A model generated the notes under the pieces. The model saw nothing but the letters and a program-made list of their open reading frames with translations. It had not been told where the DNA came from and searched no databases. A stretch of 64,000 bases of DNA, taken from positions 68,014,001-68,078,000 of the forward strand of contig NC_135804.1 in the NCBI RefSeq assembly GCF_964213995.1. Direction: 5' to 3'. Both the position numbers and the translations under genes were made by a program. This document shows positions 13,620-25,380 of the stretch, piece after piece; position 1 is the stretch's first letter, and each line of letters starts with the position of its first letter. This DNA is from Mustelus asterias (taxonomy: Eukaryota).

Positions 13620-13820
13620 AGAAAAGGGTGCTGATTGTTTGGCAGTGTGACTTTAATTTGCAGGTGAATTTAAGGGAGACAATTTATCTTTTGGAACATT
13701 GTAAGCTTAGTGAAAGCCCGAGATGCATTGAGGTACGGCCTTTAACATTATCTACGTTACACTATCGCCAACATTTCGAACTGCTCTGTCACGTTAAAGG
13801 CAGTAGCAGTTCTGGCGCAA
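13620..13820 (+). repeat. About 200-bp sequence repeated in inverted orientation at 7190-7383
   Basis: Collinear blocks GAAAAGGG(T/C)GCTGATTGTTTGGCAG, TGTAAGCTTAGTGAAA, GAGATGCATTGAGG, ACGTTACACT, AAAGGCA.TAGC.GTTCTG. Confidence 0.8.
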
Positions 13821-14622
13821 AAAAGCCAACTTGAATTGACTACACCCTGACCTCTCATGCTGAGATCTAATAGAACAGTAATCCTTATGCGTTGAACCAT
13901 CATTCCAGTGAGGTCAATTGTTTAATCCTGGAATATTTCTGGAATCACGCAACCGAATTGATTGTGTTGAAGCACGATGGGTAGTTCATGGCAAATAGAA
14001 AGATCGGACAAGAACGGCCGTTCACGTCATTTCACTTGGGCGTTCTCACATTTGTAGCTTTACGAAGAATCATCCCAAAATTATCCCCATAATGATTTAG
14101 AAAAAGTACCTCGAGTTCCGTGAAATAACACAATGACATACAAGATTATTGTTTTATGAAGGCGTTCACTGGATATTGTGAGTGATTAAATAGCGATTTA
14201 CGATAAACGAGAGAGGCAGGCCTGGGCAATATAGCTCCTCCCAATTAAGTTTTAGTCAGAAAGTTCCTTCCAACTAATTAAGATTGAACCTTAAAATATT
14301 TATGCTCTTTTTATCATGAGGTCACTATCTAAGAAATTTGATACGTTGATAGTAATCGTACTTTTCAAGAGTGGGAGCATCCGAAAATACAGTTTGGAAG
14401 TGTTGGCAGATGTGTGTCTTCATTCGATCTCCTAAGCATTAAGTTTTAGGATTGCCAAAATGTATCAAGTATGATAATATTCTGGATAACGTACATGCAA
14501 AAGAAATATTTGGGGCTATTCAAATTATATCGGCACAACTGGAGTCGAGCCTTATTACACCATAAAACATGCAGCAGTCTACATAATTTGCCGGCTTTTC
14601 AGCGAAGAAAGTAATTTAACTG

Positions 14623-14720
14623 GATATATTGTTAAATTACATATATGTAATATATTATATTCTATATACATACAAGGCATATATATATATCTATATAATT
14701 ATATATGTACATGTATATAT
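14623..14720. repeat. Degenerate (TA)n low-complexity tract in the V-C1 intron
   Basis: Seen directly. Confidence 0.75.
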
Positions 14721-14948
14721 CCCTTGTCATAATTACATTTCGTGCTTTGAAAATATTAGCTGCCGGTTTTGTATGTAGTGATAATTCAGAAATACGTAAT
14801 TGAGGTGACAAAGGGCGAATGATCAAAAATTGCTTCAATAAGGCACAAATCATGCCATCGTGCTACTTTATTTTCCATTTCAAAGGTGTGTATATAAACA
14901 TGTTTGTGAGAGGATTCCAAAAATTCCTTCCGCCGCAATGACACTTAC

Positions 14949-15266
14949 CGTGGACAACAATTGTTGATCCAGTTCCGTTCGTCATTCTCGCTCTTCCTTT
15001 TTGGACGCCGCAGCAATAAACCCCGGCGTCTTGGAAACGGACATTAAGGAGCAGGAAGGAGCCTTGCCCTTTTCTCTTAAAAAAATGTTTCCGCCTGTCT
15101 GAGCTGGGTTGCATAAATACACTTTCGCCAAGTCTCCACCAGAAAATATTCACTTCGGAATTATCTGACGGAGGAGTGAACGCACAAGCAATGGTAATAT
15201 TTTCACCGATCTTAACAATCATGTGTCCGGGGCTTTGCGACACCTGGGACTGGGTATCGGAAATAA
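14949..15266 (-). CDS. IgSF V-set domain exon with germline-encoded J-like G strand (NKp30/antigen-receptor-like VJ domain)
   Basis: Acceptor ttttccctctctttggaag, donor CACG|gtaagt, 318 nt, phase 1-1, open; VSQSP, B-strand Cys (ITIAC), C-strand Trp (IFWW), DAGVYCC, GTGSTIVV. Confidence 0.9.
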
Positions 15267-15396
15267 CTTCCAAAGAGAGGGAAAACACATATTATCAATC
15301 AATTCAACATTTCAGATCTAAATTGCAGTGTTTCATAGTTGAGTTGCAATACATACAAAGACTGTTTTAAAAATAAAAATATAATGCAGCGGATAC

Positions 15397-15451
15397 CTGT
15401 CACGGTCATCATCAGGGTCAGCCTGCTCTGAAGAACAGCGAGAACATTCAT
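15397..15451 (-). CDS. IgSF VJ-C1 gene, leader exon (MNVLAVLQSRLTLMMTVT)
   Basis: ATG at 15451, 18 mostly hydrophobic codons + 1 nt, donor ACAG|gtatcc; phase 1; 130-nt intron to the V exon, the typical leader-V layout. Confidence 0.75.
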
Positions 15452-15889
15452 ATTGGACAAACAATAACGGTCTTCTGCGAATAAAAAAGTATCTGGAGAA
15501 TTTATTGCTTCAACGCCGCAGTTGACCAGTTGTAAAATAGGAAATGACGACGTGTGATGCTGCACGGCTCGACAAATAAATATCTTGAGGTTTTTCTTGG
15601 ACGAACATTGACTGTTCAAAACAACAACAAAAAATCTTTCAGAAGGAGGTGATGCCAATTACCGCAATTAAAATAAGAGAAAATAGTGTAAATTGCAGAA
15701 ATATGACACCTAGCTGCGTCGGTAGATGTTTTGTTTTCCCTTTGCAGGAGCTGCCAGAACGACAACGATTATGCGAGTTGGCTGGCGTTGCAGTAATTAC
15801 CAGACATTTTGGAGTAATTCAATTTTACTGCGTTTGAGATCTGTTTGCTCCACTTAATTCATTTCGTATTTTGCCCGTAGAATAGAACT

Positions 15890-16850
15890 TAAGAACGCAT
15901 TCAGTTAATTCATCTTATCATTGATAGGCAATTTGGATATTGCAGCCTGCTGCGCTATAGAATGAGATCAGTCGGTAATCTGACGGTGGACTTCATTCCA
16001 CTTTCTTAACTGCACAGCGACCCACAATCCTCACCACCCGGGAGCCCTTGACTTCATTTGAAATCAAAAATCAAATTTAGCATTAAATAATTTCAATGAC
16101 CAGTCCTTCTCTGCTCTCCAATGTACATAATTCGAAAGAAAAACGATCCTCTGAGAGAAGAAATCGCCCATCACCTCTGTCTTTAATCAACTTTTCAAAC
16201 CGGTTTTCCTGGTTGAGATTCTTTTAGTAAAGGAAACATTCTGGCAGCAGTCACCCTATGAAGCGACTTTGGAATCTTACGTTATTTCAGTAAGATCAAT
16301 TGATGATGTTCTAAACTCCAGCCACGTTAAAGCTCGCAATGCTCAATCTTTTATGATAATACATCCCGTTCGTAGTTAGAGAACCCTCGGCCCCTAATGC
16401 AACTATATACCTTATCGTTTAGGGTGACCGACACTGCAGGCAGTATCAAGGTCCGGTCTCAATACTGGCCTGTACAGTTGTAGCATAAATGACCTATGTT
16501 TCCACATTATATAGTCCCTTGCAATAAATTGTATTCGTTTGCTGTTTAACCAAATCAACGTTTTGTGACCCATTTGCGAGAGCAGCAAAATTCCTATTTC
16601 CCACGGCACTCTGCAATAACTCTTCAATGTTATCGTATTCTGATATTGTATTTTTCTCTCCGAAGTGGGCAGCCTCAAATGTTCCGACACAATACTCCAT
16701 CTTCCAAATACCTGCCTACTTACTCACTGAAACGATCCATATCCTTTTCCAAATTTTGTGAGCCACTTCACAACATGATCTCCTGCCTATTCATCTCTAT
16801 GTTTAGCAAATTTGGCTCCAGCATGCCAGGCCTCAAAAATCTGTAGGAAT
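15890..16850 (-). mobile_element. Heavily decayed CR1 LINE 3' part
   Basis: MLQLYRPVLRPDLD remnant; CR1-like 3'UTR. Confidence 0.7.
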
Positions 16851-17309
16851 TATTTAAATTACTACTTCCAACTTTTGAAATCACGTTTACTCTGCTTGAT
16901 CAAATTGTGGTTTTCTAAATGTGCTGCAACTACATCCTTCCGAGTGTATTACAGCATTTGTGCCTTGCCCGTTAAAATGCTAACTGAATTTTGGTTTCCG
17001 GTTCTGTGGTATCTTTGTGCTTCCATTGCGTCATATTAATCGCAAAAGCTTCGAGCAGTGAAAAGGTGAAAAGAAAAATCATTTTCCAAATACATTTCAC
17101 TCCAGCTATTTCACTGAACTTTAAAAACGCTGAACCGAGAAAACGCAAAATTGAAATAGGTGTTCAGTGGAAGAGAAAAATCAGTTTCATGGTGGAATTG
17201 ACTCAACATTCAGTTTTAACCGATAGGCCAAAAAGTTATATTTCATTTTATTTAGGTTTCAACGGAAAACTGGTACATATATAATGGTTGATCTCTGACG
17301 CTTGTCATG

Positions 17310-17908
17310 AAGGGATTGAGTTTCGGAGCCAGGAGGTCATGCTGCAACTGTACAAAACTCTGGTGCGGCCGCATTTGGAGTATTGCGTACAGTTCTGGTC
17401 GCCGTATTATAGGAAAGATGTGGAAGTGTTGGAAAGGGTGCAGAGGAGATTGACCAGGATGTTGCCTGGTATGGTGGGAAAATCGTATGAGGAAAGGCTG
17501 AGGGGCTTGAGGTTGTTTTCGTTAGAGAGAAGAAGGTTAAGAGGTGACTTAATAGAGGCATACAAGATGATCAGAGGATTAGAGAGGGTGGATAGTGAGA
17601 GCCTTTTTCCTCAGATGGTGTTGGCTAGCACGAGGGGACATAGCTTTAAATTGAGGGGTGAGAGATATAGGACAGATGTTAGAGGTAGGTTCTTTACTCA
17701 GAGAGTAGTAAGGGCGTGGAATGCCCTGCCTGCAGCAGTGGTGGACTCGTCAACGTTGAGAGCGTTCAAGTGGTTATTGGATAAACATATGGATGATATT
17801 GGAATAGTGTAGATTAGAGGGGCTTTAGATTGGTACCACTGGTCGGCGCAACATCGAGGGCCGAAGGGCGTGTACTGCGCTGTAATGTTCTATGTTCTGT
17901 GTTCTATG
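17310..17908 (+). mobile_element. Young CR1 3' fragment
   Basis: Open ORF2 C-terminus to 17812; (tgttcta)n tail. Confidence 0.93.
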
Positions 17909-18264
17909 TCTGATTCTTGTGTAATAGAGAATTCCCGCATATCTTGACCGCCACACAGGCAGCAGATGAGGCCAATTATTCGATGATTTTAAGATCTCTT
18001 GGGGCTAAAGGGGTCAAGCGAAATGGGGCAAAGCGGGAACATGTTGAATTGGATATCGGCCATGATCATAATGCTTGGCGGGTGAGACTGGAGGAGGAGA
18101 ATGGCTTACTTCTGCTCCTCTGCTCTATGCTTCCATTTATATCGTAGACGGATGGTTTATTTTCAATGGCTGGCACCAGAGTTCAAAGAAGTATCACAGT
18201 TACGAAAAACTGGAAGCAATATTCTGAAGAATACATTGAGAGTTTCTTATCGTTCTCCAAAGAC

Positions 18265-18590
18265 TGAACATAGAACCATAGAATACCTTCAGTGCAGAGG
18301 GAGGCCATTCGGCTCATCTGGTCTGCACCGATTCCCCAATAGAATATCCCTCCGAGGCACCAACCCAGTAAGCAAATGCATTTACTCGAATATATCGACC
18401 AACCGACACATCGTGGGAGACGATGGAGCAATTCCAAATGGCTAATCAACCCAACGTGCATATTATTGGACTGTGGCAGGAAAGAGGAGCACTGGAGGAA
18501 ATCTACTGAAACACGGAGAAAGCACCGCACAACACCAGTTGTACCCGGGTCTCTGGCAGCGCTGACCACTGTGCCACCCTGCTGTCACAT
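18265..18590 (-). mobile_element. Decayed HE1/V-SINE
   Basis: Head ggtggcacagtggtcagcgctgcc on minus strand; tail gaacatagaaccatagaa. Confidence 0.75.
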
Positions 18591-21351
18591 GGTCGTTAAA
18601 AGGTGAATAATGACCATTTTCCATTCAGTGGAAACATGATAGGCCGACGGCGTAGTCAATGAAATGGTATATGAACTATAAGGAAACAATAATCAATTCC
18701 AGAAACCGTCGATTCGGAGCCAAATAAAATGGAGGAGCTAAGCATATTTCCGGCCGTTTGACGGGAAATAATACCCATACTAATAATTATGCAACAGAAT
18801 AATGGCCATAACACGTTACGTAACTATGGCCAGTGAAATGGTTAAACACAAATATATGTTTATATGTATCCTTTACGCAGTTTACCAACAAGCTTTTTCA
18901 CAAATACAGTCCGTTCAGATAAGAAGGGTGAAAGGCCATTAAGGCAAACATTTTGATGATTTGTGTTTATGTTATCCTTTGAGATCAGAGGGGAAAAAGA
19001 AAGATAAAGAAATATTTGCCCGGGGAAAGGCCATCATGACAGACGTTTGGTTGATTTGGGTTCTGCCATTAAGACACAGCTGGGATGTTTATGGAAAGTT
19101 GAGGCAATGCACAATTGATGCAATCAAAAAGCTCACGCCGAATGGATAATACAGTTAAGCAAGTGTAAGGTGAATGTGATTCATTTTATCATCTGAGTGA
19201 TATCACCTCAAGCAATAACTCTGAGTAGTTAGAGTTAACTCCTACACAGTGATTGCATACGCTAATTACTTGCAATCAAATTTGAAACTATCACTGGTTG
19301 TGCGTTCCTGAATTCGGGACTCTGGCTAGTTACAGACTGTGACTGTGATTTTCGGAGAACCTCGCTATATAGCTCAATTTAAAAAGCTGTTTAAGAGAAC
19401 TCCGTGTTTTGGTCTGGTTACGTGTAGGGTAAAATTGCCATCAATTAAAATGCTAACATCAAAGCCCGCAACAGCATGAATCGTATTACGGGAATCCCTC
19501 ACCTCGTCTTTCCTCTGCCGGGTCTCAGTAAATTTTCATACAATTGAATGTTTTGAATGTTGATACCGAGTAAAATGCAGGGCATGGAATATTGCATTTT
19601 ACATATTACTCCTGCTGTGCTGCACTCAAATGTGCAACACATACGGTCATGTGTGGATAAATTATCTGGAAGGCATGAATTCATATATTTTTTAAATTTT
19701 ATAGCTAGTTCTGAATTAGAATACAGCGGCCAACTAGTCTCCTGCAAAACAAAGCTGTGATTCATATTCTGGATAATTGAGTAGCTTTTGTTGTTTGCAT
19801 GTTTACAAGGAAGTACACGCTGTGAGAGGTATTGCCTTGTTTACTACATCATCCTTAAGTCTGGCCTTGTTCTGCTTTCACGTGGAACGGAATATTACAA
19901 ATGCAGGATGATATGGAATCAGGTAATGCTCGATAAATGATGAGGAATTAATTTCCTCATACTATTCGAACTTTGTGGCATTGTGAAGAAGTACAAGGTA
20001 GGCATCTAAGCCTGAAACGACATCTGGGTCACTGTTATCGTTGGGATGCGTCAGGGCAATACTTCGTAAACATTGCTGTTGGAGCACGACTAGGATTTAT
20101 TAACAAAGAAAGAAAAAGACAAATAGAGACAAGAAAAGTAGAAGAACAAGAGAAGTTGGAAATCGGAGGGAGCTCAGAGGAGAAGAATTAAACGTGAAGC
20201 ATATTACCTTTCACTATATTTTTATACATTCGTGCGAATCAGAGTCGATGGCATTCATTGCTTTTCGACATTTTTTTGAACATGGCCGTGAGCATCATTT
20301 CACAATATCTGCTATCTTGTAGTTTAGGCATACCGACAGAGCTATTAGGGAGTTGCTTGAATTGGAGCGGAATATGTTGGCTCTGCTTTGGGGATGAGCC
20401 AACAGTTCGTTTTCCTCCCACGTGGCAGACGTCACGGGTATGACGCTTTTAAAAGCGACTTCGTGGGTAGCGATGTTGCAAATTGTAGAAAGTGCACACT
20501 GCTGCGCAGCAGTGATACGGCAAATGCAATTTTACCATGAAGGGATGATGCTCTAATCAAATAGCATATTTTTCTTTGGTTGGCACCTTCCAGCTTCAGT
20601 ATTTCTGCAACAACAGTCGTTCAGCTAAATGTGGAGCCATCCATTCCACATGATTTGCAAATGATATACAGTCGATGGGGATTCAAGTGGATATTTAATC
20701 ACATTAGGATCTCATGTCCCTGATCTTTCTTATCGTTTTATTTGGCAAACGTAATTGAAGCTTGTGGTATGCTATGACGGTAACAGTTGCACCTTAATGG
20801 CTGTACTTTGTCACCGAGTGAACAATTCAGCTAACGCAATTGACCTTTCCTCGTAGGTCTGCACAACCTTTATTTCCAGTTAAGAGATTCATACCTCCGT
20901 GAATGCCTAAACTGACCCTGACTCCGGCAAACCTTCAGGCTGTACACTCCTGACCTTAACCATTCGTTACATGGATTATTTTGTTCCTCATGTCATTCCT
21001 GCTTTTCTTACCAATTGCTTTAAGGTTGCCAGTCTCCTACTCGGCCATTTAATGACCAGGAACAATTTCTCCCAAGGCATTCTGTCCAAATAATCATGAT
21101 TTTGAATACACATATCATAACCCCTCTCAGCCTATTTTCTCTGCCAGGAAAAAAACGCCTACTTTCCAAACTATGCCGATGCTCAATGTTCTTCAAAAGT
21201 GAAAACACTGTGGTGAACAAATTACACTTGATGTCTAATCATGGGAGGATGGTCATTGATGATACAATTGAACCGTTTGCCTACAGCACTCTCTCGCTGA
21301 GGAACTTCTGTTGATCGTCCCACAAGTTCAGTATATTGACACCCAATAACG

Positions 21352-24146
21352 AATGTGGTTGCGGTGACAGAGACTTGGTTGAAAGAGGGACAGGACTGGC
21401 TGCTGAATATTCCGGGGTACAAGTGTTTTAGGCGAGACAGAGGAGGGGCCAAAAGAGGTGGGGGAGTAGCAGTATTAGTTGGAGAGCATATTACAGCGGT
21501 GCAGAGGGAGGACAATTCAGAGGGGTCGTGTAACGAGTCACACTGGGTGGAGCTTAGAAACAGGAAGAGCGCAGTCACTAGGCTGGGGGTGTACTACAGG
21601 CCCCCCAACAGCCCAAGGGAAGTGGAAGAACGGATATGTCAGGAGATACTGGATAGGTGCAGGAAAAATGGGGTTGTTGTAGTGGGAGACTTCAATTTCC
21701 CTGGTATAGACTGGAAATCGCTGAGAGCTGGGACTCTGAATGGGGAGGAATTTGTAAAATGCGTACAGGAGGGTTCTTTGGAACAATATGTAGATAGCCC
21801 GACTAGAGAGGGGGCTATACTGGACCAGGTACTGGGGAATGAGCCCGGTCAGGTCTTCAAAGTTTCGGTAGGGGAACATGTGGCAAATAGTGTCCAGAAT
21901 TCTGTTAGCTTTAGGATAGTGATGGAAAAGGATGAGTGGTGTCCCAAGGGTAAGGTGTTGGATTGGGGGAAGGCTAACTTTAGTGGGATTAGGCAGAAAT
22001 TGGCAGCTCTTGATTGGGAGAGGCTGTTTGAGGGTAAATCCACATCTGGCATGTGGGAGTCTTTTAAGGAACAGTTGTTAGGGCTACAGGACAGGCATGT
22101 GCCTGTAAAAAAGAAGGATAGGAAGGGTAGGATTCGAGAACCGTGGATAACCAGGGAAATTGAGGGACTGGTCAAAAAGAAAAAAGAGGCGTATGTTAGG
22201 TCCAGGCAGCTAAAAATGGAGGGAGCTCTGGAGGAGTACAAAGAAAGTAGGAAAGAACTCAAACGGGGAATTAGAAGAGCAAAAGGGGTCACGGAATGTT
22301 CTTGGCAGACAGGATTAAGGAGAATCCCAAGGCATTTTATTCATACGTTAGGAACAAAAGGGTTGTCAGGGAAAAATCGGACCTCTCAGGGACAAAAGTG
22401 GGGAATTATGCTTGGAGCCCAAAGAAGTAGGGGAGATCCTAAATGAATACTTTGCATCTGTATTCACAAAGGAGAGGGATGTGTTGACTGGGAGTGTCTC
22501 GGAGGGGAGTGTTGAACCGTTGGAGAAAATCTCCATTACAAAGGAGGAAGTGTTAGGTTTGTTAGATAATATAAAGACTGACAAATCCCCAGGGCCTGAT
22601 GGAATCTATCCAAGGCTGCTCAGGGAGACGAGAGATGAAATCGCTGGGCCTCTGACGCAAATCTTTGTCTCGTCACTGGACGCAGGTGAGGTCCCAGAGG
22701 ATTGGAGGATAGCTAATGTGGTCCCGTTATTTAAGAAGGGTAGGAAGGATAATCCGGGTAATTATAGGCCGGTGAGCTTGACGTCCGTGGTGGGGAAGTT
22801 GTTGGAGAAGATTCTTAGAGATAGGATGTATGCGCATTTAGAAAGGAATAAACTCATTAACGATAGTCAGCATAGTGTTGTGAGCGAGAGGTCATGCCTC
22901 ACTAACCTGGTGGAGTTTTTTGAAGAAGTGACCAGAATGGTTGACAAGGGAAGGGCCGTGGATGTTGTCTATATGGACTTTAGTAAAGCGTTTGACAAAG
23001 TCCCTCATGGTAGGCTGGTGAAAAAGGTTGGATCTCATGGGATAAAGGGGGAGGTGGCTAGATGTGTGGAGAACTGGCTTGGTCACAGAAGACAGAGGGT
23101 GGTAGTGGAAGGGTCTTTTTCCGGCTGGAGGCCTGTGACTAGTGGTGTTCCGCAGGGCTCTGTATTGGGACCTCTGCTGTTTGTGATTTATATAAATGAT
23201 CTGGAAGGTGTAACTGGGGTGATCAGTAAGTTTGAGGACGACACAAAATTTGCAGGACTTGCAGATAGTGAGGAGCATTGTCAGAAGCTACAGAAGGATA
23301 TAGATAGGCTGGAAATTTGGCAAAGAAATGGCAGATGGAGTTCAATCCTGATGAATGCGAAGTGATGCATTTTGGTAGAAATAATGTAGGGAGGAGCTAT
23401 ACAATAAATGGCAGAACCATAAAGGGTGTAGATATGCAGAGGGACATGGGTGTGCAAGTCCACAGATCCTTGAAGGTGACATCACAGGTGGAGAAGGTGG
23501 TGATGAAGGCATATGGCATGCTTGCCTTTATAGGACGGGGCATAGAGTATAAAAGTTGGGATTTGATGTTGCAAATGTATGGAACGTTGGTTCGGCCGCA
23601 TTTGGAATACTGCGTCCAGTTCTGGTCGCCACACTACCAGAAGGACGTGGAGGCTTTGCAGAGAGTACAGAGGAGGTTTACCAGGATGTTGCCTGGTATG
23701 GAGGGGCTTAGTTATGAGGAGAGATTGGGTAAACTGGGGTTGTTCTCCCTGGAAAAATGGAGGATGAGGGGAGACTTAATAGAGGTGTATAATATTATGA
23801 AAGGCATAGATAGGGTGAACGGTGGGAAGCTTTCCCCCAGGTCGCTGATGACGTTCACGAGGGGTTCAAGGTGAAGGCGGGGAGGGGGAGTTTTAACAGA
23901 GATATCAGAAGGACATATTTTACACAGAGGGTGGTGGGGGCCTGGAATGCGCTGCCAGGCAAGGTGGTGGAGGCGGACACACTGAGAAGGTTTAAGCCTT
24001 ATCTAGACAGCCATATGAACGGAGTGGGAATGGAGGGATACAAAAGAATGGTCTAGTTTGGACCAGGGAGCGGCGCGGGCTTGGAGGGCCGAACGGCCTA
24101 TTCCTGTGCTGTATTGTTCTTTGTTCATTGTTCTTTGTTGTTCTTT
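21352..24146 (+). mobile_element. CR1 LINE ORF2 (APE+RT), 5'-truncated, few frameshifts
   Basis: ORFs 21355-22446, 22412-23365, 23317-23874, 23871-24056; (ttgttct)n tail. Confidence 0.95.
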
Positions 24147-24759
24147 GCATGTTTTCACTTTTCATCAATTATGCTTACAGTCAGAGGGGAATAACAGTTT
24201 ATGCACAATCTGTTTATTTTCTTTCCATTTTATTTGGCTTATTGACGACACACTTTTTGTTTTGATGTCAACATTTTGTTTTGATGTCAACGACTGAGTC
24301 ACTTATTTGACTGGTGGAAGCCATCCATGCTGGAAATAAAGTTGCAATGAAGTCTGAAACTGGGAGGTTCAAGCATAGATAAGGATTCGTGAGCTGGAAA
24401 TTGTTGTGTAAATGTCACTTGTCAATACTCTCAACCAGCCTTCCATTGCGTTCTTCGTGAATGGGACTATTCAATTTGATTGTTATTGTTTTCATTGATT
24501 CCCCCTCCCTCCCCCGCCCCCTATTTATTGCTGCAGCAAGTACATTAGCAATCTGTAAGATGCTTATATGGAAAGCCGAATTCTTGCATCAGTGAAAAAT
24601 ATGGACCAGAGGAATGTTTATTTAGGAATAAACGTTTTCGGCAAATTTGCCGGAATATTTTGGGGGGCATTAGATTTTACTCCTTTCAGTTTGCAATCAT
24701 AGTGAGAGAATCAACGTGGCTGAAAAATAGAATTGCTCGATTTTTCTTAATCATTTTAT

Positions 24760-25380
24760 AGGGAATGTGTGTCGGTGGCTCGGTCCATCCCTCGTTGACA
24801 TTCGGATGGTGGCGGTGAGTTGCCTTCTTGAACCATTGTAGTCCCTGAGGTCTATGTGCATCACAGTGCTGTCAGTGAGGGAATTCCAGGATTTTCACCA
24901 GCAACAGTGAAGGAAAGGTGAACGACTTTGAAGTCAGAATGGTGAGTGACTTGGGAGCGGAACCATACTGCTCTTGTTGCGCTTGGTGGTAAAGGTCGAT
25001 AGTTTGGAATGTGCCGCCGAAGGAGCCGTGTTCACGTCCTGCAGAGCATCTTGAAGATCGTACACACTGCTGCCACTGTTCGTCAGTTGCGAGTGGATTG
25101 ACCGTTTGTGTAAGGGTTAGCAATCAAGCTGCTTGCTTTCTCCTGGCTCGCGTCAGGTATCTTGAGTTTTATTGAAGTAGTACTCATCCAGGCAAGTGAA
25201 GAGTATTCCACTACTGTCTTGTTTAGTGGCTTGTATATGGTGGACAGGTTTGGGGTGTCAGGAGCTAAGTAATTCGCTGCAGGATTCCTAGCCTTTGTTC
25301 TGTGCTGGTAGTCACAATACATACACGACAGGTCGAGTTCAGTTTCTCGTCAATGGTAAACGCCAAGATATTGCTGTTGT
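24760..25380 (-). mobile_element. Old CR1/L2-group LINE 3' fragment
   Basis: LSTIYK...VEYSSLAWM remnant, same family as 4772-6285. Confidence 0.7.

Noticed and set aside
14949-15266. Germline-joined Ig light chain or TCR
   Set aside because: Lacks WYQQ and FGxG, and the C1 exon ends in a splice donor rather than a terminal Cys and stop
18630-18730. KWY...RRF peptide as a decayed Ig domain
   Set aside because: No flanking cysteines or YxC motif; multiple stops
19245-19290. CACAGTG heptamer as a possible RSS
   Set aside because: No ACAAAAACC-like nonamer at 12 or 23 nt; other CACAGTG hits I noticed lie in SINE or LINE remnants
19499-19620. Minus-strand exon with a YENL tyrosine motif and GAG|gtgagg donor
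   Set aside because: Lies upstream of the leader, weak acceptor, not an ITIM consensus; cannot be linked to a gene
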